Virus record (IMG/VR): IMGVR_UViG_3300033121_002345
Direction: 5' to 3' (one strand)
Source: an uncultured virus (IMG/VR IMGVR_UViG_3300033121_002345)
Taxonomy: Duplodnaviria > Heunggongvirae > Uroviricota > Caudoviricetes
DNA: 64,000 bases
The stretch's first letter is position 1. Every line of letters begins with the position of its first letter. Below, piece after piece: positions 9,243 through 16,473 of this stretch. The notes beneath the pieces were generated by a model. It had not been told where the DNA came from and made no database searches. It saw only the letters and a program-made list of their open reading frames with translations. Position numbers and translations under genes: made by a program.

Positions 9243-10292
9243 TCAGGACGGAATGACCTTGACGTTCCATGAGCGCAGAATCTTCGGCCCGTTAGGAAAC
9301 CCAGGTGATTCCTGAATGAGTTTTACAGCCACATCGCCGAGTCGTTTCGGGATGATAGCCCCTGTACGTTGGTCGATGAGAGCGATCCTTGGATTGTCCG
9401 TGATGAAGGAGGCTCGGGCGGGAATCCACGGTGCCTCGATCACGGCGTGCTGAGAAAGCCGGACCGTAGAAGGCACCTTGATCATGTCGATCGAAGGAGC
9501 TTCCGACAGTGGAACGGCCTGCCCCGTGTCCAGACGAAAGCCGATCGGAATTCGCTCGTCGAATCCACTGATGATCTTGTGCATCTCCGGGTGGATCTGA
9601 TTTGCGAAGCCCACACGAATGAGGCCCTCGAAAACTGGAGTGAGCGAAATCGTAGTCGTCCACATCCCGTCCTTAGGGTCGTTGTTGACGGCACGTCGCT
9701 CCAGTCCGGAAGGCTGGAAGTCGAGAGGGATGCGAACCTCCCACTTGTCCTCGGGGCGCTTGCTGCGAACCACGTGACCCTTGTTCACGTGGGAGAGAGG
9801 CCCGAGAATGTAGACCAGGATGTCCCTAATGTCACCGCAGGTTGTCTCATCCATGGCTGCAATCTGCAGGTCCATAGGCACGTTCGCCAACATCGTGAGC
9901 TGGACAGACGACGTGTTGATGTTAATAGGCCATGAGTCCGTGATCCCGCCGAGGCCGGGGTTCTCGTACTCGAATCCTGTGTCCACGAGAATGATGCACG
10001 GAAGCCTCTGCCGCAGATCACCCCAGTACTTCGCGAGCTGCACGTCGAAGATGGTGGGGTCTTCCGAGTCTCGGGCTCCACGGATGCGAGTCTCGAATTG
10101 AACTGAGAACCCTGCAGTGAGGTTGAGCAGCCTTCGGTGGATACCATCCGGAGCCAAGAACAGACTCAGGTAGCTCTGCAGAGCGCCCTTCACGGTCTCG
10201 GTTACCCGAGCTTCGGCGTCGGCGGCAACGGCCTCCCTCTTCGAACGAGGGACGGCGTTGAAAATGAAGTCTTCTGGCTTTTCTTCGGACAT
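9243..10292 (-). CDS. putative virion structural protein (tail-completion/neck-like) with C-terminal Ig-like segment
   Basis: ~349 aa; the C-terminal 'FITDNPRIALIDQRTGAIIPKRLGDVAV' resembles a Big_2 Ig-like repeat; function inferred. Confidence 0.5.
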   Translation of the reverse strand: MSEEKPEDFIFNAVPRSKREAVAADAEARVTETVKGALQSYLSLFLAPDGIHRRLLNLTAGFSVQFETRIRGARDSEDPTIFDVQLAKYWGDLRQRLPCIILVDTGFEYENPGLGGITDSWPININTSSVQLTMLANVPMDLQIAAMDETTCGDIRDILVYILGPLSHVNKGHVVRSKRPEDKWEVRIPLDFQPSGLERRAVNNDPKDGMWTTTISLTPVFEGLIRVGFANQIHPEMHKIISGFDERIPIGFRLDTGQAVPLSEAPSIDMIKVPSTVRLSQHAVIEAPWIPARASFITDNPRIALIDQRTGAIIPKRLGDVAVKLIQESPGFPNGPKILRSWNVKVIPS

Positions 10293-10333
10293 CTCCAAGC
10301 CAAATAACGCGCGTCAGGGCCAGGGTTAAAGCG

Positions 10334-10369
10334 GAACGGCCCCGGAGGGAAATCCCGCCGAGGCCGTTC
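10334..10369 (-). terminator. putative terminator/processing hairpin
   Basis: GAACGGCC...GGCCGTTC stem with an extended GC-rich inner stem, downstream of the 10390 stop. Confidence 0.55.
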
Positions 10370-10389
10370 GTTACGCGCTGTAGGTATTG

Positions 10390-10872
10390 TCAGTCGTCTT
10401 CTTGGATGGAGTCCAAGAAGTTCCGAAGGTCACGGGCCGACTTGATTTCCTTCGGAACAGGCTTCCGGCCCAGGTACGCCATGTCCTCCACCGAGAGGTA
10501 AGAGGCACGGCCACCAGCCGTTCCAGGATGGTCGATCACAAAGTGGGTGATCTCCTGGAGCTTCGACATCATGATGCGGCGAGCAATCTTGAGCAGGCCA
10601 ACCTGCACAATCTCGACCTTGCCGTCTGGTGTCTTTCGCGAGCGCCTTGGAAGGCTGAAGATGTTCTTGACGCCCTCGGGGTTTCGCATCCAACAGTACT
10701 TCATCGCGGACTCTCTGGAGGTCCAGATGAGGACGTTGTACTTCCCGGTCGTCATGTCCAGCTCACAAGCGGGGATGCCGACATCGCTCCGCTCGTTGAT
10801 CGCCCAGAAATACTGGGCGTTCAGGTCCATCTTGACCTGCTGTTCTTCTTCCTTAGGCGCTGCTGTCGTCAT
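10390..10872 (-). CDS. hypothetical protein
   Basis: 160-aa ORF with ATGA overlap to the upstream gene. Confidence 0.7.
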   Translation of the reverse strand: MTTAAPKEEEQQVKMDLNAQYFWAINERSDVGIPACELDMTTGKYNVLIWTSRESAMKYCWMRNPEGVKNIFSLPRRSRKTPDGKVEIVQVGLLKIARRIMMSKLQEITHFVIDHPGTAGGRASYLSVEDMAYLGRKPVPKEIKSARDLRNFLDSIQEDD

Positions 10873-11648
10873 GATGCTGTATCCCCGGGCACGATGGGTG
10901 TCTCAGAACTATAGCGCTGCAAATCTCTGTGCCACCGCATGACGTTCGAGTAGTAGCGGTAGTTGAAGCTGCTAGGGCTATTGTGCTGTACCCAGTATGC
11001 CTCCAAACACGGAATTGAGTAACGTACCACTCGAATGGTACCGTCATCTCTATTTACCGTGTGGGTTCCGCGGTACTCTTCGAGCGTATCGCACGCCGTT
11101 CGGTAGTGCTGCATCGAGGCCGCCAACATGTGAATGCTGGCGTGAGCGTCCACGAGGACACCTGCGTCAGTCACGCCGACCATGGTCGCAATGGCGCCCG
11201 GCCACCGGAACTGGACCAAGCCCGCGTCGAAAGCGCTATCGACGCCTGCACGTCTACGATACGCCCTGTTCTGCAGGAGCCGGAGGATGTCTTCCTCCTC
11301 CGGTTCACGACCCAGGTACTCCTCGAAGGTAGTCATAGCTCCCCGCGAGATCGCACAGCGGTTGAGGCTCGACTCGGCCATCGCGATCGATGCCCCGATC
11401 CAGGGGTCGAAATTGGCGTCAGCAGAGTGCTCCGCCATGAAGAGAGCTGCGTATTCGTTCGCACGAGTGAGGGCTTCGGCGCCCGTGAGGCGTTCGCCGC
11501 ACTCGCGCCAAGCAATACGACCATTCTCTCCTGTCTTGACCCGGTAGATGGCGTTGGCCAGCAACACGGTGTCATCCTGAGCATGCGCGGGCGCTGCCAG
11601 GAAAAGCGTGGAGAGAACAATCAGGGTTGAGAGAAAGATCTTGTACAT
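10869..11648 (-). CDS. secreted lytic-transglycosylase/lysozyme-like protein (candidate endolysin)
   Basis: start moved to ATG 11648; Sec signal peptide MYKIFLSTLIVLSTLFLAAPAHA; SLT-like motifs 'IAMAESSLN' (catalytic E-S) and 'DAGLVQF' (GLMQ-like). Confidence 0.6.
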   Translation of the reverse strand: MYKIFLSTLIVLSTLFLAAPAHAQDDTVLLANAIYRVKTGENGRIAWRECGERLTGAEALTRANEYAALFMAEHSADANFDPWIGASIAMAESSLNRCAISRGAMTTFEEYLGREPEEEDILRLLQNRAYRRRAGVDSAFDAGLVQFRWPGAIATMVGVTDAGVLVDAHASIHMLAASMQHYRTACDTLEEYRGTHTVNRDDGTIRVVRYSIPCLEAYWVQHNSPSSFNYRYYSNVMRWHRDLQRYSSETPIVPGDTAS

Positions 11649-11660
11649 GAAAAACGCCTT

Positions 11661-11688
11661 AGGGGCGAAACCCGAAGGTCCGCCCCCT
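11661..11688 (-). terminator. GC-rich hairpin with cUUCGg tetraloop
   Basis: minus strand reads GGGGGCGGACC-TTCG-GGTTTCGCCCCT; T-runs lie close by on both strands. Confidence 0.6.
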
Positions 11689-11709
11689 TTTGGTTGGTTT
11701 TGGGTTGGT

Positions 11710-11955
11710 TCAGTGCGGTAGGGGAGGGTATTCCCCGGCCTTAGCCTGCACCACGAGCCATTTCGCCTCGTCGTACATTTTGGCTGCTGCTTCGCGGTCT
11801 GTTCGTGCCTCCTCGAAAAGTGCCTCGGATTCACCCCAACGAGCGTGCGTCGCAACCTTGATTGCGGCTAGCTTGCGGGCCTGGCGCCTTAGATAGAAGA
11901 AGACAGCGGTCTCGATAAACGCGACCGCTGCCAAAATCAATGCCATGAACAACAT
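11710..11955 (-). CDS. small membrane-anchored protein
   Basis: 81 aa, GGAGG RBS, N-terminal transmembrane helix followed by basic residues. Confidence 0.65.
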   Translation of the reverse strand: MLFMALILAAVAFIETAVFFYLRRQARKLAAIKVATHARWGESEALFEEARTDREAAAKMYDEAKWLVVQAKAGEYPPLPH

Positions 11956-11990
11956 GCCGAACCTCCGTTTAGAGGTAGTATCGGCAGGGT

Positions 11991-12647
11991 TCAGACTTGA
12001 ATTCTACCCATTGCCTCGTCTAGACAGGCGAACAGGTGTTCCTTCGTGGAGTTGTTGTCGATCACGAAGTCGAAGGACTTCAGAGGAATGCCCTCCAGCT
12101 CCAACTCAGAGGGGTGGTTCGAAGTCCGCTCCCCGCGAAGGAGACGGACGACGACTCCTCCTGCTGCCTGGATCGACGTCAACTCATTCACAAAACGAAC
12201 GTCTGAGATGGCGTGCTTCGGATTTCCGGTCTCTCGAATGTAGTTCAGGCAAGCACTCACCCAGATGTTCTGGTTGAGCCGCCGGCCCCACTCCGTGCCC
12301 AACGTCTGGAGGGCCAGACGTGGCGTCACGTACTGCGGAAAGAATTCGCCGTCGGACTCACGCTGCCAATACCGACGAGCATCGATAGCGACTCGGTGAA
12401 GCGGAGTCCCGTCAACGGGGTCGAGCCCGGAGAAGACATACCGCTCGTCGGGTACCTCGCGTAGGTCGCTTGCGCCCCAGAGATGCTCCTTCGGAAAGGA
12501 GAAGATGCTCTGGCACGTTCGCTTCAACGGGTCCGCCAAGGAGATCTTGGTGTACCCGTACTTCGACACGAGATAGTCCGCGGCGGTGTCCTTGCCGGAC
12601 CCCTTGAAGCCACAGAGGCCTACGGTTCGTCTCAGAGAATCCAGCAT
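11991..12647 (-). CDS. deoxynucleoside monophosphate kinase (T4 gp1-like)
   Basis: P-loop 'GLCGFKGSGKDT', 'LADPLK', 'TPRLALQTLGTEWGR', 'ISDVRF.NE', 'HPSE'. Confidence 0.9.
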   Translation of the reverse strand: MLDSLRRTVGLCGFKGSGKDTAADYLVSKYGYTKISLADPLKRTCQSIFSFPKEHLWGASDLREVPDERYVFSGLDPVDGTPLHRVAIDARRYWQRESDGEFFPQYVTPRLALQTLGTEWGRRLNQNIWVSACLNYIRETGNPKHAISDVRFVNELTSIQAAGGVVVRLLRGERTSNHPSELELEGIPLKSFDFVIDNNSTKEHLFACLDEAMGRIQV

Positions 12648-14809
12648 TCCTTCAGCGCTCCGTCCTTGAGAAGTTTGACCGCTTCGTCGTAGCCGACGAT
12701 GTCGCGACGGTCATCCTTTACAAGGACGAAGTTCTGCTGACCGATGGCGAAGAAGCCCTGCTTCCCCTCGAAGTACTCCTTGCCATCACAGGTGAGACAC
12801 TGGCCTTTGCTGTCGAACAGTTCAGCTCCCGGAGGGAGGGAGAAGAGCTGAGTGGTCTTGTCTTTCGAGGTACCAGATTCAGACGTCGGGAACAAGCGCT
12901 GACCCCGGACGAAGGTGCGCGAGGGCTCCAGCGAGTCGAAGGCCAATAGACGTCCACGTCCCGAAGGGGCCACCAACGCCAGGTATCCGCCAGGTACCAC
13001 CCCGACGGCTGATACGAGCCCAGTGGCTCCCCTCATCACGTTGAAGGACGGGCGCGAAGGGGGCGTGACCGTGACGGCCTTGCCCTGCTGGTCCACAGCC
13101 GCGAGAATGGTAGCGGCGTCCCCGAAGATTCCGACAGGCGGATGTGAGAAGGTCTCTTCCGTCAAGTAGGACAGGGGGAGGGTCTTGGCCTCGTTGTTGG
13201 CCAGGACGACGGTGACAGAGGAAGTGCCCTTTGCCACGAATTCGAACTTGTGGCGCCGACTCGGCTCCTTGTCCTGTCGCGTTGCCTTCGTCCCCTGGAC
13301 GATGACGAACTTCTCCGATTCCTCCACGTCCAGTACGGGAGCAGTCTCGTTAGAGATGCGAGTACGCCTCTCGTCAGAGAACTTCACCAACTCCTTCAGG
13401 TGTCGAACGATGACCTCATCAATGTTCGAGAGGTCTTTCTGAAGAGTCTCGATGAGCTGAGAAGTCTCCTCGATCTTCTGAAGCTGAGCCTCCTCATTCA
13501 TGCGAGCGAGCTGGTGAAGCTTCGTGTCCAGCACGACCTGAGCCTGATTCTCGCCGATGCCGAGGACTTCTGCCATGCGAAGGCGGAGAGCGTTGTCCTC
13601 TTTGAGATTCGGCTCTCGAAGAACCTCGTAAACCTTGTCCAGGTTCTGGATGGCCGCCAGGATGGCCTTCTGCTTCAACCGCAGAACTTTGGCCAGCTTC
13701 AGCTCACGCTGAAGACGGGCCGTCTCGCAATCCCGGCGGAAGTCCAGGAATTCCTGGAAGAGGCGGAACAGTCCGCCGGAGAACAGGCTCTGGTCGTCGA
13801 TGCTGGACTCGTCGTCGGTGGTTCGTTTGACGACGTAGAACTGGTAGCTCTGAGAGCGATGCAGCTCAGGAAGGACGCGGTCCTTGATGACCGTGGCATC
13901 CTTGAAGCCCACGTAGATCTTGACGCCCTTCGCACTCGTAGCATCAGAGCAGAACTCGATCAGACCTGCCTCTTGAAGCTCGCGCATCTTCCGAAGGAAG
14001 ATGGACATGCTGAATCCGGGGCAGAGACTCGTGACAACCAGGAGGTTGCCATTCTTGCTGGTCTCGAATTCATACTCGCACCGGAACTGCAGAGTACCAG
14101 CTCCAGTTGCGTACAGCGTCTTCACCTCGTCCGGTGTCGAAAGCATCACGCCACCGAACGGATAGTCCGGGCCGGGAAGATGCTTCAGAACCACATCGAG
14201 GCTGGGGTTCTCACGAGTGACGAAGTAGACGAGAACCTTGAGCAGCTCTCGAAGGTTGTGCGGCGGAATTGAGGTCCGCAGACCGACGCCGATGCCCATC
14301 GACCCGTTCAAGAGCACCAAGGGCAGACGAGAGGGCAGGACCAGGGGCTCCTGCTTATCTCCCGAGTAGTTCGGCACCAAGGACGCGATGTCGATGTCCT
14401 TGAACAGCTCGTCAGCCAACGGAGCCAATCGAGCTTCCGTGTACCGCATCGAGGCTGCGTTGTCTGTGGGCGAACCGAAATTGCCGTGTCCCTCTACCAG
14501 AGGGTAGCGATCACTCGTCATGTTGACGAGTGCGTCGTAGATCGCCTGGTCGCCGTGCGGATGGAAGTTACCCATCGTATCGCCGACGATCTTCGCAGAC
14601 TTCTTGAAGCCCGGGCCTTGCTTCTTCAGAGCGTGCATCGCCCAGAGGATGCGCCGGTGCACCGGCTTGAGTCCGTCTCGGGCGTCGGCGACTGCACGCT
14701 CCATAAGCACGTGCGTGCCGTAGACGTGCATTGCCTTCTGGGAGAAGTCTCCCAGGGTTGAGGGTGTGATGAGGCCTAGCGAGGAAGGTGTTTGGCGTCG
14801 CTTCTTCAT
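12632..14809 (-). CDS. gyrA: type IIA topoisomerase subunit A (GyrA/ParC-like)
   Basis: 'RDGLKPVHRRIL', 'HPHGD', catalytic 'MRYTEARL', 'GIGVG..T.IPPHN'; no GyrA-box seen in the C-terminal domain. Confidence 0.95.
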   Translation of the reverse strand: MKKRRQTPSSLGLITPSTLGDFSQKAMHVYGTHVLMERAVADARDGLKPVHRRILWAMHALKKQGPGFKKSAKIVGDTMGNFHPHGDQAIYDALVNMTSDRYPLVEGHGNFGSPTDNAASMRYTEARLAPLADELFKDIDIASLVPNYSGDKQEPLVLPSRLPLVLLNGSMGIGVGLRTSIPPHNLRELLKVLVYFVTRENPSLDVVLKHLPGPDYPFGGVMLSTPDEVKTLYATGAGTLQFRCEYEFETSKNGNLLVVTSLCPGFSMSIFLRKMRELQEAGLIEFCSDATSAKGVKIYVGFKDATVIKDRVLPELHRSQSYQFYVVKRTTDDESSIDDQSLFSGGLFRLFQEFLDFRRDCETARLQRELKLAKVLRLKQKAILAAIQNLDKVYEVLREPNLKEDNALRLRMAEVLGIGENQAQVVLDTKLHQLARMNEEAQLQKIEETSQLIETLQKDLSNIDEVIVRHLKELVKFSDERRTRISNETAPVLDVEESEKFVIVQGTKATRQDKEPSRRHKFEFVAKGTSSVTVVLANNEAKTLPLSYLTEETFSHPPVGIFGDAATILAAVDQQGKAVTVTPPSRPSFNVMRGATGLVSAVGVVPGGYLALVAPSGRGRLLAFDSLEPSRTFVRGQRLFPTSESGTSKDKTTQLFSLPPGAELFDSKGQCLTCDGKEYFEGKQGFFAIGQQNFVLVKDDRRDIVGYDEAVKLLKDGALKECWIL

Positions 14810-14812
14810 GCG

Positions 14813-14848
14813 GCTTAGACTCTTTGTTTCTAAGCGTTAGATAACGCT
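14813..14848. promoter_or_regulatory. divergent intergenic region with two overlapping inverted repeats
   Basis: GCTTAGA(14813-19)/TCTAAGC(14829-35) and AGCGTTA(14833-39)/TAACGCT(14842-48), between the gyrA-like and HNH start codons. Confidence 0.45.
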
Positions 14849-14849
14849 G

Positions 14850-15200
14850 ATGGAAAACCTGAAGATGTGCGGCAAGTGCGGAGAAACCCTTCCGCTCTCA
14901 GAGTTCTACCAGAAGACAAAAACGAGGAAGCAATCCTACTGCAAGCCTTGCTTCAGCAGGTACTGCATGGAGAGATGGAAGCAGAAAAAGCGCCATTTCA
15001 TAGAGGCACTAGGTGGATCCTGTGAGGACTGCAGGGGTGTATTTCACAGAGCCGTATACGACTTCCATCACACGGAAAGCAAGGATTTCGACTGGAGCAA
15101 GCTTCGGCTTCGAAGCAATTCGACCATCGAAAGAGAGCTTGCAAAATGCGTGTTGCTATGTGCAAACTGCCATCGCCTACGACATGCTGACGAATCCTGA
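14850..15200 (+). CDS. HNH endonuclease with N-terminal CxxC/CxxC zinc finger
   Basis: CGKC...CKPC, then CEDC...'YDFHH'...'KCVLLCANCHRLRH'; the only convincing + strand gene; visibly more A/T-rich than its neighbours. Confidence 0.88.
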   Translation: MENLKMCGKCGETLPLSEFYQKTKTRKQSYCKPCFSRYCMERWKQKKRHFIEALGGSCEDCRGVFHRAVYDFHHTESKDFDWSKLRLRSNSTIERELAKCVLLCANCHRLRHADES

Positions 15201-15201
15201 G

Positions 15202-15274
15202 CACACCTGGGTGGATTCGAACCACCGACCTCCGGTTTAGAAAACCGTTGCTCTCTCCGCTGAGCTACAGGTGC
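15202..15274 (-). tRNA. tRNA-Arg(UCU), CCA not encoded
   Basis: cloverleaf: GCACCTG/CAGGTGT acceptor stem, GCTC/GAGC D-stem, anticodon loop TT-TCT-AA, GGTGG-TTCGAAT-CCACC T-arm; Arg identity elements A20 and G73 present. Confidence 0.92.
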
Positions 15275-15312
15275 AAGAGGCACACAGCTCAATCGCGGAG
15301 GAGCTGCGTCAG

Positions 15313-15582
15313 TTACATCTTCTTCAATCTCTTGCCGAGCTGGAGTGCTCTGAGCAACGAAGTCTCGTCTTTGGAGAGCTTTCCTCCGCCTTCTGTCTTC
15401 TTGTGCAGACGGGCGATTTCCTTGTTGATCTTCCCTGCGGGGATGGTTTCCCCTTCCGGGATCCCGAAGTGACGATGAAGACGACCTGGGTTCTTGATGG
15501 CGTCTTGAACCCAATTCTTGGCAAGAACGGTCTTCTCAATGTTCTGCGCGACGCGCAGAAGTCTAAGAGTGATGGGCGTCAT
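15313..15582 (-). CDS. small basic phage protein
   Basis: 89 aa, GGGAG RBS; 'KNWVQDAIKNPGRLH..FGIPEGETIP' resembles a small basic domain common in phages; preceded by a leader containing LLRVA and KTVLA. Confidence 0.7.
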   Translation of the reverse strand: MTPITLRLLRVAQNIEKTVLAKNWVQDAIKNPGRLHRHFGIPEGETIPAGKINKEIARLHKKTEGGGKLSKDETSLLRALQLGKRLKKM

Positions 15583-15610
15583 GTGAGGTCTCCCGCCCAG
15601 AGATAACGAT

Positions 15611-16309
15611 TCACTGTTTAGTTTGTCGGGTCAGTCTATGGGTTTTTAGAGGGTCCAGGTTGTAGAAGTCCCGGCTGATTCCTGTGGACACCAAGAAGGC
15701 GTCCGCATAAGGGAGAAATTCCCCAACATTCTCAGGGGTTATGCCAGATGCGATGGCTAGCTTCGCTCGGGTTCCCACCGCCTCCCGCATGGTCCGGATC
15801 TTCTCGATGTCTGGTGCGGTGCCAGTTCGAATCCCAGAGGTCGTGAGGACGTCCACGTGACCACAGGCCTGAATTGCCTCTCGGGCCAGCTCAGGACCCG
15901 TCAGGTGCTCCTCGGGCTGATGCTTGAAGGCAACACCTCCGAAGTAGAGCGGCGGGTCACGAAGGACCCTCTGCTTGTAGTCGCGCACTACGTCAGGCAA
16001 GCTCTGCCCTTCGTGGGTCAACTTGTAATTATCGGCCCAGATCATAGGAACGCGCAGGCCTTCACGGCGACCACGAGCATAGGCGTCCGAAAAGCAGAGG
16101 CTCGTCGGATAGCCAAGCTGGTTGATGCCCAGGGTTAGGCGCGAGATCCTCCGCAGGTGGAAGTAGATGTCCCAGAGTTCATCTGGGGCAACTTCTCCGT
16201 GCGAGATTAGGAAGGCCCCATCACATCCCGTGTCTTCCGCGATTCTCAAGTTCGAATAGGCCTGAGATTGGTTCTGGACGTGAATGACCGCAAAAACCTG
16301 CTTCGGCAA
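15611..16309 (-). CDS. BtpA/SgcQ-like TIM-barrel protein
   Basis: start moved to TTG 16309 (GGAGAGG RBS, after the tRNA); 'AVIHV', 'FGGVAFK', 'TTSG..TG', 'LAIASGITPENV', 'FLVSTGIS' phosphate-binding barrel motifs. Confidence 0.8.
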   Translation of the reverse strand: MPKQVFAVIHVQNQSQAYSNLRIAEDTGCDGAFLISHGEVAPDELWDIYFHLRRISRLTLGINQLGYPTSLCFSDAYARGRREGLRVPMIWADNYKLTHEGQSLPDVVRDYKQRVLRDPPLYFGGVAFKHQPEEHLTGPELAREAIQACGHVDVLTTSGIRTGTAPDIEKIRTMREAVGTRAKLAIASGITPENVGEFLPYADAFLVSTGISRDFYNLDPLKTHRLTRQTKQ

Positions 16310-16320
16310 TATCCTCTCCA

Positions 16321-16393
16321 AGCCAGCGGTGGGACTTGAACCCACGACCTCCGGTTTACGAAACCGATGCTCTACCAACTGAGCTACGCCGGC
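16321..16393 (-). tRNA. tRNA-Thr(CGU), CCA not encoded
   Basis: GCCGGCG/CGCTGGC acceptor stem, AGTTGGTA D-loop, anticodon loop TT-CGT-AA, GTGGG-TTCAAGT-CCCAC T-arm. Confidence 0.93.
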
Positions 16394-16396
16394 ACG

Positions 16397-16468
16397 AGCC
16401 TGTGAAGGGATTTGAACCCCCGACCGCCTGTTTACAAAACAGGTGCTCTACCCCTGAGCTACACAGGC
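16397..16468 (-). tRNA. tRNA-Thr(UGU), CCA not encoded
   Basis: GCCTGTG/CACAGGC acceptor stem, CCTGT-TTTGTAA-ACAGG anticodon arm, GGGGG-TTCAAAT-CCCTT T-arm; 3 nt from the next tRNA. Confidence 0.93.
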
Positions 16469-16473
16469 AAATT

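Noticed and set aside
11649..11855. Extended N-terminus of the 10869..11855 ORF
   Set aside because: It runs through a hairpin and another gene; the signal peptide begins at ATG 11648.
15202..15274. tRNA-Arg(UCU) as a mis-specified tRNA-Thr anticodon mutant
   Set aside because: It has the Arg identity elements A20 and G73, unlike the two Thr genes (U73), so it is probably a real Arg tRNA.
16310..16378. N-terminal extension of the 15611..16378 ORF as given in the ORF track
   Set aside because: It overlaps tRNA-Thr(CGU); the TTG at 16309 with a GGAGAGG RBS is the more plausible start.
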